NCBI GenBank assembly: GCA_963663945.1
Contig: OY760687.1
Span: 2,708,555 to 2,772,554, forward strand
Direction of reading: 5' to 3'
DNA from: Dehalococcoidia bacterium
GTDB taxonomy: Bacteria; Chloroflexota; Dehalococcoidia; Lucifugimonadales; UBA3495
Length of the DNA: 64,000 nt
Part shown: piece after piece, positions 55,748 through 64,000 of the stretch
How positions within the stretch are numbered: position 1 is the first letter of the stretch
Layout of the letters: each line of letters begins with the position of its first letter
The notes under the pieces: model-generated
Told to the model about the DNA's origin: nothing
The model's input: the letters and a program-made list of their open reading frames with translations, nothing else
The model's database searches: none
Position numbers and translations under genes: made by a program

Positions 55748-56335
55748 TTAGCTGTCGCTGTCACCGTCACCATGATGACCGTGGCGACGACCCGAATGTT
55801 CGTGCGAAACGGTAGGCAGGGAGTCCGGCCGGTCGTCGTGCCAGTCACTGAGCGCGTCGGATTCGTCCTGGGTGATGCGCTCCGCGTCCACCAGCTTTTC
55901 GAGCCAGGTGTCGACCTTGTCGGAATCCGAGGTGCCGGCCAGTCGGATCGCCATCGCCCCGGAGTTGCTGGGCCGCTCGTCGAACCAGGTGTTGGCCGCG
56001 TCCGCCTGGTCTTGCGTCAGAGTTTCGTCGGTCACCAACGCCGTCATGCGTTCCTCGAATTTGGTGTTGGCCTGCTCGTCCAGAGCGGTTGCCAAAGCGC
56101 TGTCGAGTTCGGCGCGCGTTTTCCCGAGGAGTTCAGCCACCCGGTTGAGCACCGTGTCGTTGTTCCCGACGTGCCCGCCGCCGCGCTGATCCGAGTGACC
56201 TCCGCGCTTGAGGATATCGGTGGGATCGCTGCCCGAGGCGAACACGCTGCCGAACGTGAGGCCGACCGCCAGCAAGGCGACCGACGCGGCGAGCACGAAC
56301 CATCGCTTCCTTATCCCTGTGATCCTGTTGATCAT
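55748..56335 (-). CDS. secreted/anchored protein with LTxxQ-like repeats and His-rich C-terminus
   Basis: N-terminal TM/signal segment (WFVLAASVALLAVGLTFGSVFA). Repeats ETLTQDQADAANTWFDERP and ERITQDESDALSDWHDDRP. Tail HEHSGRRHGHHGDGDSDS. Confidence 0.55.
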   Translation of the reverse strand: MINRITGIRKRWFVLAASVALLAVGLTFGSVFASGSDPTDILKRGGHSDQRGGGHVGNNDTVLNRVAELLGKTRAELDSALATALDEQANTKFEERMTALVTDETLTQDQADAANTWFDERPSNSGAMAIRLAGTSDSDKVDTWLEKLVDAERITQDESDALSDWHDDRPDSLPTVSHEHSGRRHGHHGDGDSDS

Positions 56336-56427
56336 TTTGACCTCCGTTGCCGCCGTTGTGGTGTCGTTTGCGCCCGTGGGCTGGCGGCCATGTGTCAGCA
56401 GATTAGTTGGACAACATTTAGAAATTG

Positions 56428-57876
56428 TTAACGTTCGGTAATTGGCAGATCGAACACGAACCGGCTGCCTGATCCCTCCTCGCTCTCCGCCCAGATGGCG
56501 CCGCCGTGCGCTTCCACCAACTGCAGGGCGATGGTCAGACCCAGGCCCGATCCCCCGGTGGCTCTGTCTCGAGAGACGTCCACCCGATACAACCGGTCGA
56601 ACACGTGAGGCAGTGCTTCCGGCGAGATCCCGTCCCCGGTGTCCGTTACTTCCACCCTTACCAAGTCTCCCATGCGGCTGGCCGCTATTGACACGCTGCC
56701 TCCGGACGGGGTGTGTTGCACGGCATTTTCCACCAGATTGGTCAGCACCTGCTCAACCCGGACCCGGTCGACGTACAGCGTCGGCAATGTCTCCGTGATT
56801 TCCGTATCCAAATGAACCGATTCGGCCTCCGCCCGCGGTCTGAACGAAGCTGCGACCCTTTCTACGATCTCTCCGACGTCGGTAGCCTCGATCTCCAACC
56901 GCAGCTCCCGAGACTCCGTTTCGGCCAACAGCCTCAGGTCATCCACCAGGCGATTCAGATGCAGCGCCTGTTGGTGCACTGTGTCCAGCGTCTCCGCATC
57001 GGGTTCCAGGAGACCGTCCTGTAGAGCTTCCACATGGCCCTGAATATTGGCCAACGGCGTGCGCAGCTCGTGGGCCACATCGGACACCATGGCGCGCCGC
57101 TGCCGTTCCGATTCCTCCAGGGCGTCAGCCATCGAGTTGAAAGTCCTGCCCAAGTCGGCTATTTCGTCGTTGCCCTTAACATCCGCCCGGCTGGCCAGGT
57201 CCCCGCTCCCCAGTCCGCGGGCTGCGGCGGCCAGATTGCTGATCGACGCCAACATCCGCCGCGACATCACGATTACCAGCAGGATCCCTGCCGCGCCAGC
57301 CAGCAAACCCGCGATCGTCAGCGTCCTGGTGACGGCTTCGGCAAACCGGGCCAACGGGGGCTCGACGCCGGGGAGCGGGCCCGCGTCGGTATCCAGGCGC
57401 AAGGGGTGTACGAAGCCTCCGCGGCCGCGATCCCCCACCGCCACCGAGCCGATCTGCGATCCGCCGGCGATAATGGGAACGAAATACTCGGGAGGCGCGG
57501 GGTGGTCACGATGGTCCAGACGATCGAACAGTGACCGTCCGGGTCCATCCCGGTCCCCACGACGGTCGTTGCGGAGGGTACTGTCGGCGACCACCCTGCC
57601 TTCGGCGTCCAGCACTATGATGTCCCGTTCGGCCTGAAAACTGGTCCGGCGAACGAAATTTTGCGCTCCGTCCCAACTCCCGTTGGTTTCGTAAAATTCC
57701 GCCAACGCGACCACGACGCGGCCGGCGCGGACCCGGTCCTGTTCCGCCTGGACGTCGGTTACTTCACGCTCCGCCACCTTTCCGGTGAACAGCGCCACCG
57801 ACCCCAGCGCCAATGCCAAAATGACGGCGAACCCCAACGCCAGGCGCCACCGCAGGCCGAAGCGCAATCTAGGCAT
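56428..57876 (-). CDS. sensor histidine kinase (TM-HAMP-HisKA-HATPase)
   Basis: H-box SDVAHELRTPL, N box LVENAVQH and G boxes DTGDGI/GGSGLGL. Start moved to ATG 57876. Confidence 0.85.
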   Translation of the reverse strand: MPRLRFGLRWRLALGFAVILALALGSVALFTGKVAEREVTDVQAEQDRVRAGRVVVALAEFYETNGSWDGAQNFVRRTSFQAERDIIVLDAEGRVVADSTLRNDRRGDRDGPGRSLFDRLDHRDHPAPPEYFVPIIAGGSQIGSVAVGDRGRGGFVHPLRLDTDAGPLPGVEPPLARFAEAVTRTLTIAGLLAGAAGILLVIVMSRRMLASISNLAAAARGLGSGDLASRADVKGNDEIADLGRTFNSMADALEESERQRRAMVSDVAHELRTPLANIQGHVEALQDGLLEPDAETLDTVHQQALHLNRLVDDLRLLAETESRELRLEIEATDVGEIVERVAASFRPRAEAESVHLDTEITETLPTLYVDRVRVEQVLTNLVENAVQHTPSGGSVSIAASRMGDLVRVEVTDTGDGISPEALPHVFDRLYRVDVSRDRATGGSGLGLTIALQLVEAHGGAIWAESEEGSGSRFVFDLPITER

Positions 57877-58555
57877 CGCCAAACCGGTAGCCCACGCCAT
57901 GCACCGTCTGGACGTAGCGCGGTTTGCGCACGTCGGTCTCGATCTTGCGCCGGAGATTCGCGATGTGCACGTCCACCGTCCGGTCGTAGCCGTCGAAGTC
58001 GTAACCGAAGACGCCCTCGATGATTTGGTCGCGGGAGAATGGCCGGCCGGGTTGGGTCGCCAGCATGGCAAGCAGCCGGAACTCCGTAGGGGTCAACGCC
58101 GGCCTCTCGTCACCCAGAAGTACCGTCTGCTTCTGGAAGTCGATCATGATGCCGTCATATTCGACGGACGAAGGATCCGTCGACGACTGTCGCGAGGTGC
58201 GCCGCAGGACCGCCCGCACCCGGGCGGCCAGTTCCCGGGGGCTGAACGGCTTTACGATGTAATCGTCGGCTCCCAGGTCCAGTCCGGCCAGGCGGTCGTC
58301 CTCGTCGGCGCGGGCGGTTGCCATGATGATGGGCACGTCGGATTCCTCGCGCAGGGCACGGCAGACGCTCATGCCGTCCAGACGGGGCAGCATGAGGTCG
58401 AGAACGATCAGGTCCGGGTTGTCGGCGCGGGCCGCGTTGAGCCCGGACACACCATCGCCCGCAGTGGTTACGCTGTGGCCGTCGCGCTCGAGGTACAACC
58501 TGACAATCCGCGCGATGCCCGGATCGTCCTCAATCACCAGTATGTCGTTCGCCAT
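57869..58555 (-). CDS. OmpR-family response regulator
   Basis: ILVIEDDP...DLIVLDLMLP... receiver domain, then a winged-helix C-terminus (...VHIANLRRKIE...VHGVGYRF). Confidence 0.9.
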   Translation of the reverse strand: MANDILVIEDDPGIARIVRLYLERDGHSVTTAGDGVSGLNAARADNPDLIVLDLMLPRLDGMSVCRALREESDVPIIMATARADEDDRLAGLDLGADDYIVKPFSPRELAARVRAVLRRTSRQSSTDPSSVEYDGIMIDFQKQTVLLGDERPALTPTEFRLLAMLATQPGRPFSRDQIIEGVFGYDFDGYDRTVDVHIANLRRKIETDVRKPRYVQTVHGVGYRFGDA

Positions 58556-58704
58556 GTCAAACGCGGGTCCGTCGTCGTGGAGTAGATGGGATAAAGGATA
58601 AAGACGGCCACCCGTTGCCGGCAAACGGCGACGCGATGAGCCGTTGCCGGTGGTCCGGAAAATCGCCAAGCACGACGTTCCCGCAGCCCATCAACGTTCA
58701 ACCG

Positions 58705-60321
58705 CTACTGGTTGGGCGTTATGCCCAGAGCATCCCCATAAAAATGCAGCAGGCTGGTCACCGGGTTGCCCGCCATCTGCCCCAACCCGCACAGCGACGC
58801 CGCTCCAACGATTTCGGCGAGATCCTGGAGGTCCCGCACGTCCGACCCTTTTCCATCGCCGGCAGCAATGCGTACCAATGCCTCCGCGATCCGGGGAGTG
58901 CCCTCGCGGCAGGGCGTGCACTTTCCGCAGGACTCGGCAGCGTTGTACAGGCTCAACCGGGCGGCCACTTCCGCCGGAGAAGCCCGGTCGTCGAAGACGG
59001 TGATACCGCCGGCGCCCATCACCACCCCGCTGGAGTGCAGCATCCCGGGACGCAACGGCACGTCCAACTCGCTGGCCGGAAGCAGTCCGCTGGAAGGCCC
59101 GCCTACCGCGGCGAACCCTATCGCGCGCCCTTCGGGCACGCCTCCACCGACGAGATCAATGACCTGCCGAACCGTGGTGCCCATCGGCACTTCGGCCAGA
59201 CCGGGCCGCCTCACCACCCCGCTCAGCGACACCAGGCGCGTCCCTCTCGCTTCGTTGAGCCCAATCGACGCGAAACGGCGCACACCGCCCCTCAGGATCT
59301 CGGGCAGGTTGGCCAGGGTTTCCGCGTTGTTTATGACCGTCGGCTCACCGTACAGGCCAGCATCAGTGGGAAACGGCGGGCGCAGTCTTGGTTCGCGCCG
59401 GCGACCCTCCACCGTGTTGAGCAGCGTGGTTTCCTCACCGCACACGTAACCCCCGGCGCCGCGACGGATGGTTACCGCGCAGTCAAAACCGCTGCCCAGC
59501 ACGCCGTCGCCGACCAGCCCGGCGGTTCGCGCAGTTTCGAGCGCCGCCATCATGCGAGCCGCGGAAAGATCCGCCTCCGCGTTGATGTAGATAACCACAT
59601 TTCCGGCGCCCGCCGCATACGCCGCAATAACGGCGCCTTCAATGATTCGGTGCGGATTGCCCTCCATCAGATGGCGGTCCTTGAAGACGCCGGGCTCGCC
59701 CTCTTCCGCATTGACCACCAGGTGTCGCCGGGCCGCGTCGACCCGTCGCGCCGCTTGCCACTTGCGCGCCGCCGGAAAGTAGGCCCCACCGCGGCCCAGA
59801 AGACCCGCGTCCAGCGCCAGCGCGATGACCGCGTCGGGGCTCATCGCAAGGGCATCGGCCAGGCCCAGGTAACCGTTCCCCGCCAGATATCCATCGAGGG
59901 AAACCGGGTCAACACTGCCGATGCCCTCCATCAGGGCGATGTGTTGAGCCGAGAAAAACTCTTCCAACTCAGCCCGGGGGCGCATGCGCTCGGGCATCCC
60001 GCCATCCGCCGCAGCGATGATTTCTGACATATCCCCGTCGGCGGCCACCCGGTCGAAAAACCTTACCGTGCCGTCCACCCGCTCCACCACCACCTGCGTC
60101 GCGGCGAAACACGCCCCGTCGCAGCCGGCCGCCACTACGGACACGTCGTCGCGGTCCTGGAACAAGTGCGCCAGGCGTCGGTGGACGTCGGCCGCGCCGA
60201 CTGCCTGGCTGCAGTGGCCCCATTGCACGACCACCCGGGTGACGTGGGACTCAGCCGTGCCGCGTTCGGCCGCACCATCACGCAAAGTCTGCCAGGCTGG
60301 CCGGCAATCAGGCGAGGTCAT
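58705..60321 (-). CDS. NuoF-like NAD(H)-binding FMN/[4Fe-4S] flavoprotein with extra N-terminal thioredoxin-like domain
   Basis: GRGGAYFPAARKW, GEEGEPG and ESCGKCTPCREG. The ATG overlaps the upstream TGA (ATGA). Confidence 0.85.
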   Translation of the reverse strand: MTSPDCRPAWQTLRDGAAERGTAESHVTRVVVQWGHCSQAVGAADVHRRLAHLFQDRDDVSVVAAGCDGACFAATQVVVERVDGTVRFFDRVAADGDMSEIIAAADGGMPERMRPRAELEEFFSAQHIALMEGIGSVDPVSLDGYLAGNGYLGLADALAMSPDAVIALALDAGLLGRGGAYFPAARKWQAARRVDAARRHLVVNAEEGEPGVFKDRHLMEGNPHRIIEGAVIAAYAAGAGNVVIYINAEADLSAARMMAALETARTAGLVGDGVLGSGFDCAVTIRRGAGGYVCGEETTLLNTVEGRRREPRLRPPFPTDAGLYGEPTVINNAETLANLPEILRGGVRRFASIGLNEARGTRLVSLSGVVRRPGLAEVPMGTTVRQVIDLVGGGVPEGRAIGFAAVGGPSSGLLPASELDVPLRPGMLHSSGVVMGAGGITVFDDRASPAEVAARLSLYNAAESCGKCTPCREGTPRIAEALVRIAAGDGKGSDVRDLQDLAEIVGAASLCGLGQMAGNPVTSLLHFYGDALGITPNQ

Positions 60322-60830
60322 GCGTGGGGGTTCTCGATGAGGGAGGCCAGTCGCTCCGCGTCCACCCGTCCGTGCCAGCGCCCGTCGATCTGAACCGCCG
60401 GCGCCAACCCGCACACGAACGCACACGCGGTGGTGGTTACGTTGGACTCGTCAGTGTGATCGGCCCGTTGCCGAGCCGCATTCAGTAGCTCGTCGCCGCC
60501 CGACTGCCAGCAGGCCAGACCGGTACACACGACGATGCTGCGGAGCCCGGGCGGGTCGAGATGCAATTCGGAGTAGGAGGTCGCCGCTCCGTAAATCTCG
60601 GAGGCCGGCACGCGCAGATGCCAACCTACAACCTGCAACGCCCACTCCGGGAGGTGACCATGTTCGTGTTCCAGGAGGTGCAGCACGGGTAGAAGCTTGT
60701 CCCGGTTGCGGTCAGGGAATTGGTCTCTCAGCAGGCGGCGCAGGCTTGATTGGCGCTCCCGCCGTTCGGCATCCGCCGTCCCGTCGCTGGCAGGGTCGAC
60801 CTCATCGTCGCGCCGGCGGCGGCGTCCCAT
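60318..60830 (-). CDS. NuoE-like thioredoxin-fold [2Fe-2S] ferredoxin
   Basis: ...LLPVLHLLEHEHGHLP..., VCTGLAC... and ...CAFVCGLAPAVQIDG. GGAGGAG precedes ATG 60830. Confidence 0.75.
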   Translation of the reverse strand: MGRRRRRDDEVDPASDGTADAERRERQSSLRRLLRDQFPDRNRDKLLPVLHLLEHEHGHLPEWALQVVGWHLRVPASEIYGAATSYSELHLDPPGLRSIVVCTGLACWQSGGDELLNAARQRADHTDESNVTTTACAFVCGLAPAVQIDGRWHGRVDAERLASLIENPHA

Positions 60831-61092
60831 TTCTCCTCCAGCTACCATTGCGGGATTATATCAGCGATTATCGTTGAAACAGATTTGATCAATATGTAGG
60901 TTGTGCATGGTGTTGGGATGATACAGATTTTCTACCATATGTCCTGAAAGCATTGAGTTAGCAATGAGCCGCGCGCTAGGTTTGGCGGGTGGTTGTCCGC
61001 AAACGTCATCCCGCGGACCTCGCCCATGTTTGACCCCCTGCCGGCGCGTTGCTAACATCCCAATCACGCGAACCGTGTCCCGGAGGAGTTTT

Positions 61093-63036
61093 ATGCCCGT
61101 CGTATCTGTTGACATCAAGAATCGCCAGCCCTACGCCGATGGCACGCTATTCGGCGCAACCGGCGACTACGAACGCATCGACGGCGTGCTCGGGTTTGCG
61201 GTCGATCCAAACAACGCTGCCAACGCATCGATCGTTGACCTGGAATACGCTCCCGTGGATGGGGACGGATGCGTCCGCTTCGAATCCGACTTCACCCTGG
61301 TGGCTCCCCGCGAGCCTTCCCGCGGCAACGGTCGCGTGATCGTCGAGGTGGTCAACCGTGGCCGCCGCCGCACCGTCGCCTTTTTCAATCGCGGGCCGAC
61401 TCCACCCATCGACTCCGATGCCGTGCCGGAAGGCGACGGCTTCCTGCTTCGTCACGGCTACTCCGTGCTGTCCATCGGATGGCAATGGGATGTCTTCCGC
61501 AGCGATGCACTGATGGGCCTGGACGCTCCCGGGATCAGCATCGACGGCCGGCCGGTGACCGGGCAGGCCTGCGTGGAGATGCGCCCCACCCTGAATGAGC
61601 GCACCCGCCTGCTGGCCAACCGCGAACACAAGCCTTACCCGGTTGCCGACCTGGACGACCCCACTGCCATGCTGCTGGTGCGGGACTGGGAGGACGGGCC
61701 GGACACGGTTATCCCGCGCTCGCAGTGGCATTTCCCGGACCCGGAACACCTCACCCTGGAGTCGGGGTTCCAACCGGGCAAGATCTATTACGTCATTTAC
61801 AACGCAGCAAACCCCGTGGTGGTCGGGTGCGGGATGCTGGCCATTAGGGAGGCCGCCACCTGGTTGCACAAATCCCCCGGCGGTAGCGCGATTCATAACG
61901 GGTACGAGCGCGTTTACGGACAAGGCGTCTCGCAATGCGGCCGGTTACTCCGCCACATGCTGTACCTGGGCTTGAACCGGGATCAGGATGGTCACCCGGT
62001 ATTCGACGGTTTGTTGCCGCACGTGGCCGGCGGACGGATGGGAGAGTTCAACCATCGTTTCGCCCAACCCTCCTGCCAGTCCAACCCAGGCTTCGGCCAC
62101 CAGTTCCCCTTCGCGGACGACACGCTAACCGACTCGCTGACCGAACAGACCGACGGTCTGCTGCGCCGACTGCGTGAACTCGACACGGTGCCCCGGATCA
62201 TCTATACCGACTCCGCCGCAGAATACTGGCGCGGCGACGCGGCCCTTACCCACATCGACAGCACGGGCGTCCTGGACCTGGACAGCGGGCCGGAGACGCG
62301 CAGGTACCTGTTCGCCGGGACCCAGCATCTGCCGGGCGCTCCCGAACTCATGGTCGGGCAGGGCCCGGACGGTTCCACCGGCGGGCATCCCTACAACGCG
62401 GTCGACTACATCCCGTTGCTGCGAGCGGCCCTTTTCAACCTTGACCGGTGGGTCACCGAGGGAGTGGAGCCACCCCAAAGCATGCATCCCCGACTGCACG
62501 ATGGCACCGCGACCACGCACGCGGAATACCTGGCAGGTTCGCCGGCCGTGCCGGACCGGAACCTTCCGGACATCAATCGCCTGTGGCGCATTCGCGAAAT
62601 CGATGTGGGACCGGATGCCGAACGGGGCATCGCCGCCTATCCGGTCAAAGAAGGCCGGGCATACCCGCAGTTGGTTCCGGCCCCAGACGCCGACGGCAAC
62701 GATCGGGCCGGTATCCGGTTGCCCGACCTCACGGTACCGGTGGGCACGCACACCGGCTGGAACCTCCGGCATCACGACACCGGTGCACCCGAGCAGTTGA
62801 TGTCCATGCAGGGTTCCACGCATTGGTTCCCGGCTACCGAGGAACAACGCAACGCAACTTCGGACCCGCGTCCATCCCTCGAGAAGCGATATGCCAGCCG
62901 GGAGGACTATGCCTCCCGGGTGCGGGACGCGGCAACCAAACTGGCTGAGGACCGGTACCTCCTCGCCGAAGACATCGACCTCGTGGTGAATTCGTGCCTC
63001 GAAAGGTACGACTGCGCCATGGGCGGCGCCAGGTAG
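61093..63036 (+). CDS. large uncharacterised protein (alpha/beta-hydrolase-like?)
   Basis: GGAGG precedes ATG 61093. The 647-aa ORF has good coding character. Family assignment is weak. Confidence 0.55.
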   Translation: MPVVSVDIKNRQPYADGTLFGATGDYERIDGVLGFAVDPNNAANASIVDLEYAPVDGDGCVRFESDFTLVAPREPSRGNGRVIVEVVNRGRRRTVAFFNRGPTPPIDSDAVPEGDGFLLRHGYSVLSIGWQWDVFRSDALMGLDAPGISIDGRPVTGQACVEMRPTLNERTRLLANREHKPYPVADLDDPTAMLLVRDWEDGPDTVIPRSQWHFPDPEHLTLESGFQPGKIYYVIYNAANPVVVGCGMLAIREAATWLHKSPGGSAIHNGYERVYGQGVSQCGRLLRHMLYLGLNRDQDGHPVFDGLLPHVAGGRMGEFNHRFAQPSCQSNPGFGHQFPFADDTLTDSLTEQTDGLLRRLRELDTVPRIIYTDSAAEYWRGDAALTHIDSTGVLDLDSGPETRRYLFAGTQHLPGAPELMVGQGPDGSTGGHPYNAVDYIPLLRAALFNLDRWVTEGVEPPQSMHPRLHDGTATTHAEYLAGSPAVPDRNLPDINRLWRIREIDVGPDAERGIAAYPVKEGRAYPQLVPAPDADGNDRAGIRLPDLTVPVGTHTGWNLRHHDTGAPEQLMSMQGSTHWFPATEEQRNATSDPRPSLEKRYASREDYASRVRDAATKLAEDRYLLAEDIDLVVNSCLERYDCAMGGAR

Positions 63037-63329
63037 CGGCGAGAATATCTCTGGCGAGCATTGAACAGGGCCCATTCCTGCCTGGATCGTCCTGCAACGC
63101 CACCAAATCCGCGAAACACATGTGCAGCGTAATCCCAGCGACGGGCAAATTAGCAAAGCGACTCCCCGCCGTTGTCTGGGTGGCAGCATCTATCGAGATT
63201 GCGCTTGCGCTAAAGCGTTGCGCTTGTAGAAAATCAAGGTATCCGGCCCGTCAGTACCTGCGATTGGAATCGAGAAATATGTCGCGAGATGACTGACCGG
63301 ACTCTCCCAACCCACGGCGAGGTAGAGAT

Positions 63330-64000
63330 ATGACGGTTCAACCCAATAACGGCGTGATCTCGGTGGTAGTGCACGGCGCCACGGGCAGAATGGGGGCGGA
63401 AACAGTCCGCGCGGTTTCGGCGGCGGACGACGTCGCTCTGGTAGGGGCCACCTGCAACACTCCGCGAGGCGACGTGCTGGCGACGCCTGCTGGCGAGGTC
63501 CCGCTATCGACTGACCTGGCCTCCCTGCTGGATGCTACGGAGCCACAGGTGATGGTCGAGTTCACGCATGCCGAGGCCTGCATGGAGGCGGCGCCATTGG
63601 CTGCCAACCGCGGCATTCACATGGTGCTGGGCGCCAGCGGGCTGAACGCGGAGCAACTTCAGACTCTGGACACGATGAGCCGTGAACACGGCATCGGGGT
63701 GATCGTCGCCCCGAACTTCGCCCTCGGGGCCGTCGTGCTGAAGAAACTGGCAGAGCAGGCGGCCGCGTTCTTCGATTACGTCGATGTGGTGGAAGCCCAC
63801 CACGAAATGAAAATCGACGCGCCCTCCGGATTTTCCCTGGCCATCGCCCGCGGGATCCATGACTCGCGGGGCAGCGACTTCGAGCGCAACGAAACCACTG
63901 TGCATCACCTGCCGGAAACTCGTGGTGGTGACGTCGGCGGCGTGGGCATCCACAGCCTCCGTCTTCCCGGTCGCAGCGCCCACCACGAGGTGATATTCGG
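63330..64000 (+). CDS. dapB: 4-hydroxy-tetrahydrodipicolinate reductase, 3' end cut by window edge
   Basis: VVVHGATGRMG, APNFALG and EAHHEMKIDAPSG are DapB signatures. Confidence 0.85.
   Translation, partial: MTVQPNNGVISVVVHGATGRMGAETVRAVSAADDVALVGATCNTPRGDVLATPAGEVPLSTDLASLLDATEPQVMVEFTHAEACMEAAPLAANRGIHMVLGASGLNAEQLQTLDTMSREHGIGVIVAPNFALGAVVLKKLAEQAAAFFDYVDVVEAHHEMKIDAPSGFSLAIARGIHDSRGSDFERNETTVHHLPETRGGDVGGVGIHSLRLPGRSAHHEVIF

Noticed and set aside
1-64000. A reassigned genetic code (TGA = Trp/Gly) as the explanation for the two in-frame TGAs.
   Set aside because: Many well-defined genes in the window terminate at TGA (for example istA at 13268-13270, the 375-aa partner gene at 10215-10217, nuoE-like at 60318-60320 and the sugar isomerase-like gene at 7188-7190). 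The genome is also high-GC, unlike known TGA-reassigned lineages.
1-64000. tRNA, rRNA and CRISPR arrays.
   Set aside because: I scanned for T-loop-like GGTTCGAATCC/GGTTCAAATCC motifs. The only partial matches are inside coding sequence (for example about 50687 and 61284) with no cloverleaf context. There are no regularly spaced direct repeats and no rRNA-like stretches.

Overview
High-GC bacterial chromosomal segment. The 60-nt lines I counted by hand in ordinary genes are about 63% G+C. It is densely coding, with about 75 genes supported and no rRNA, tRNA or CRISPR array seen.

Housekeeping genes: mutL, rpmB, rpe, argH, uvrC, serS, lysS and dapB. They are interleaved with many paralogous oxidoreductases and hydrolases: two LLM/F420-type enzymes, an NADPH-dependent F420 reductase, two MDR dehydrogenases, two VOC proteins, two PIG-L deacetylases, an aldehyde dehydrogenase, a CoxL-like molybdoenzyme and an Ldh_2 protein. 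There is also an organosulfur-flavoured set: a split ComD/ComE-like TPP decarboxylase, an NMT1/SsuA-like protein and tandem TauE/SafE exporters. This gene content suggests a Chloroflexota (SAR202-like) or similar F420-using lineage. That is inference only.

Many long ORFs in the track are antisense shadows of real genes, as expected at high GC, and were discarded.

Most notable observations:
1. Two conserved genes carry a single in-frame TGA. An ArsC/Spx-like gene has TGA exactly at the first Cys of its CxxC motif and a SECIS-like hairpin right after it. An NMT1-like gene is split into two same-frame ORFs by one TGA. Both are candidate selenoproteins.
2. A low-GC two-gene cassette (8611-10217) encodes a DUF4365-like PD-(D/E)xK nuclease plus a 375-aa protein with no recognisable domain. 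It is a candidate uncharacterised conflict/defence or toxin-antitoxin module.
3. An IS21-family element (istA/istB) has split a second PD-(D/E)xK (MmcB-like) gene.
4. A 28-bp palindromic intergenic repeat is present four times.
5. A three-subunit (ToyJKL-like, split-beta) nitrile-hydratase set is interleaved with two DSD1-type enzymes and a NodB-family deacetylase. One of the DSD1-type enzymes has lost the PLP lysine.
6. There is a HigBA module.
7. A promoter-leader-terminator arrangement lies directly upstream of a MIP channel gene.

All functional calls rest on my reading of motifs in the translations. No database search was run.
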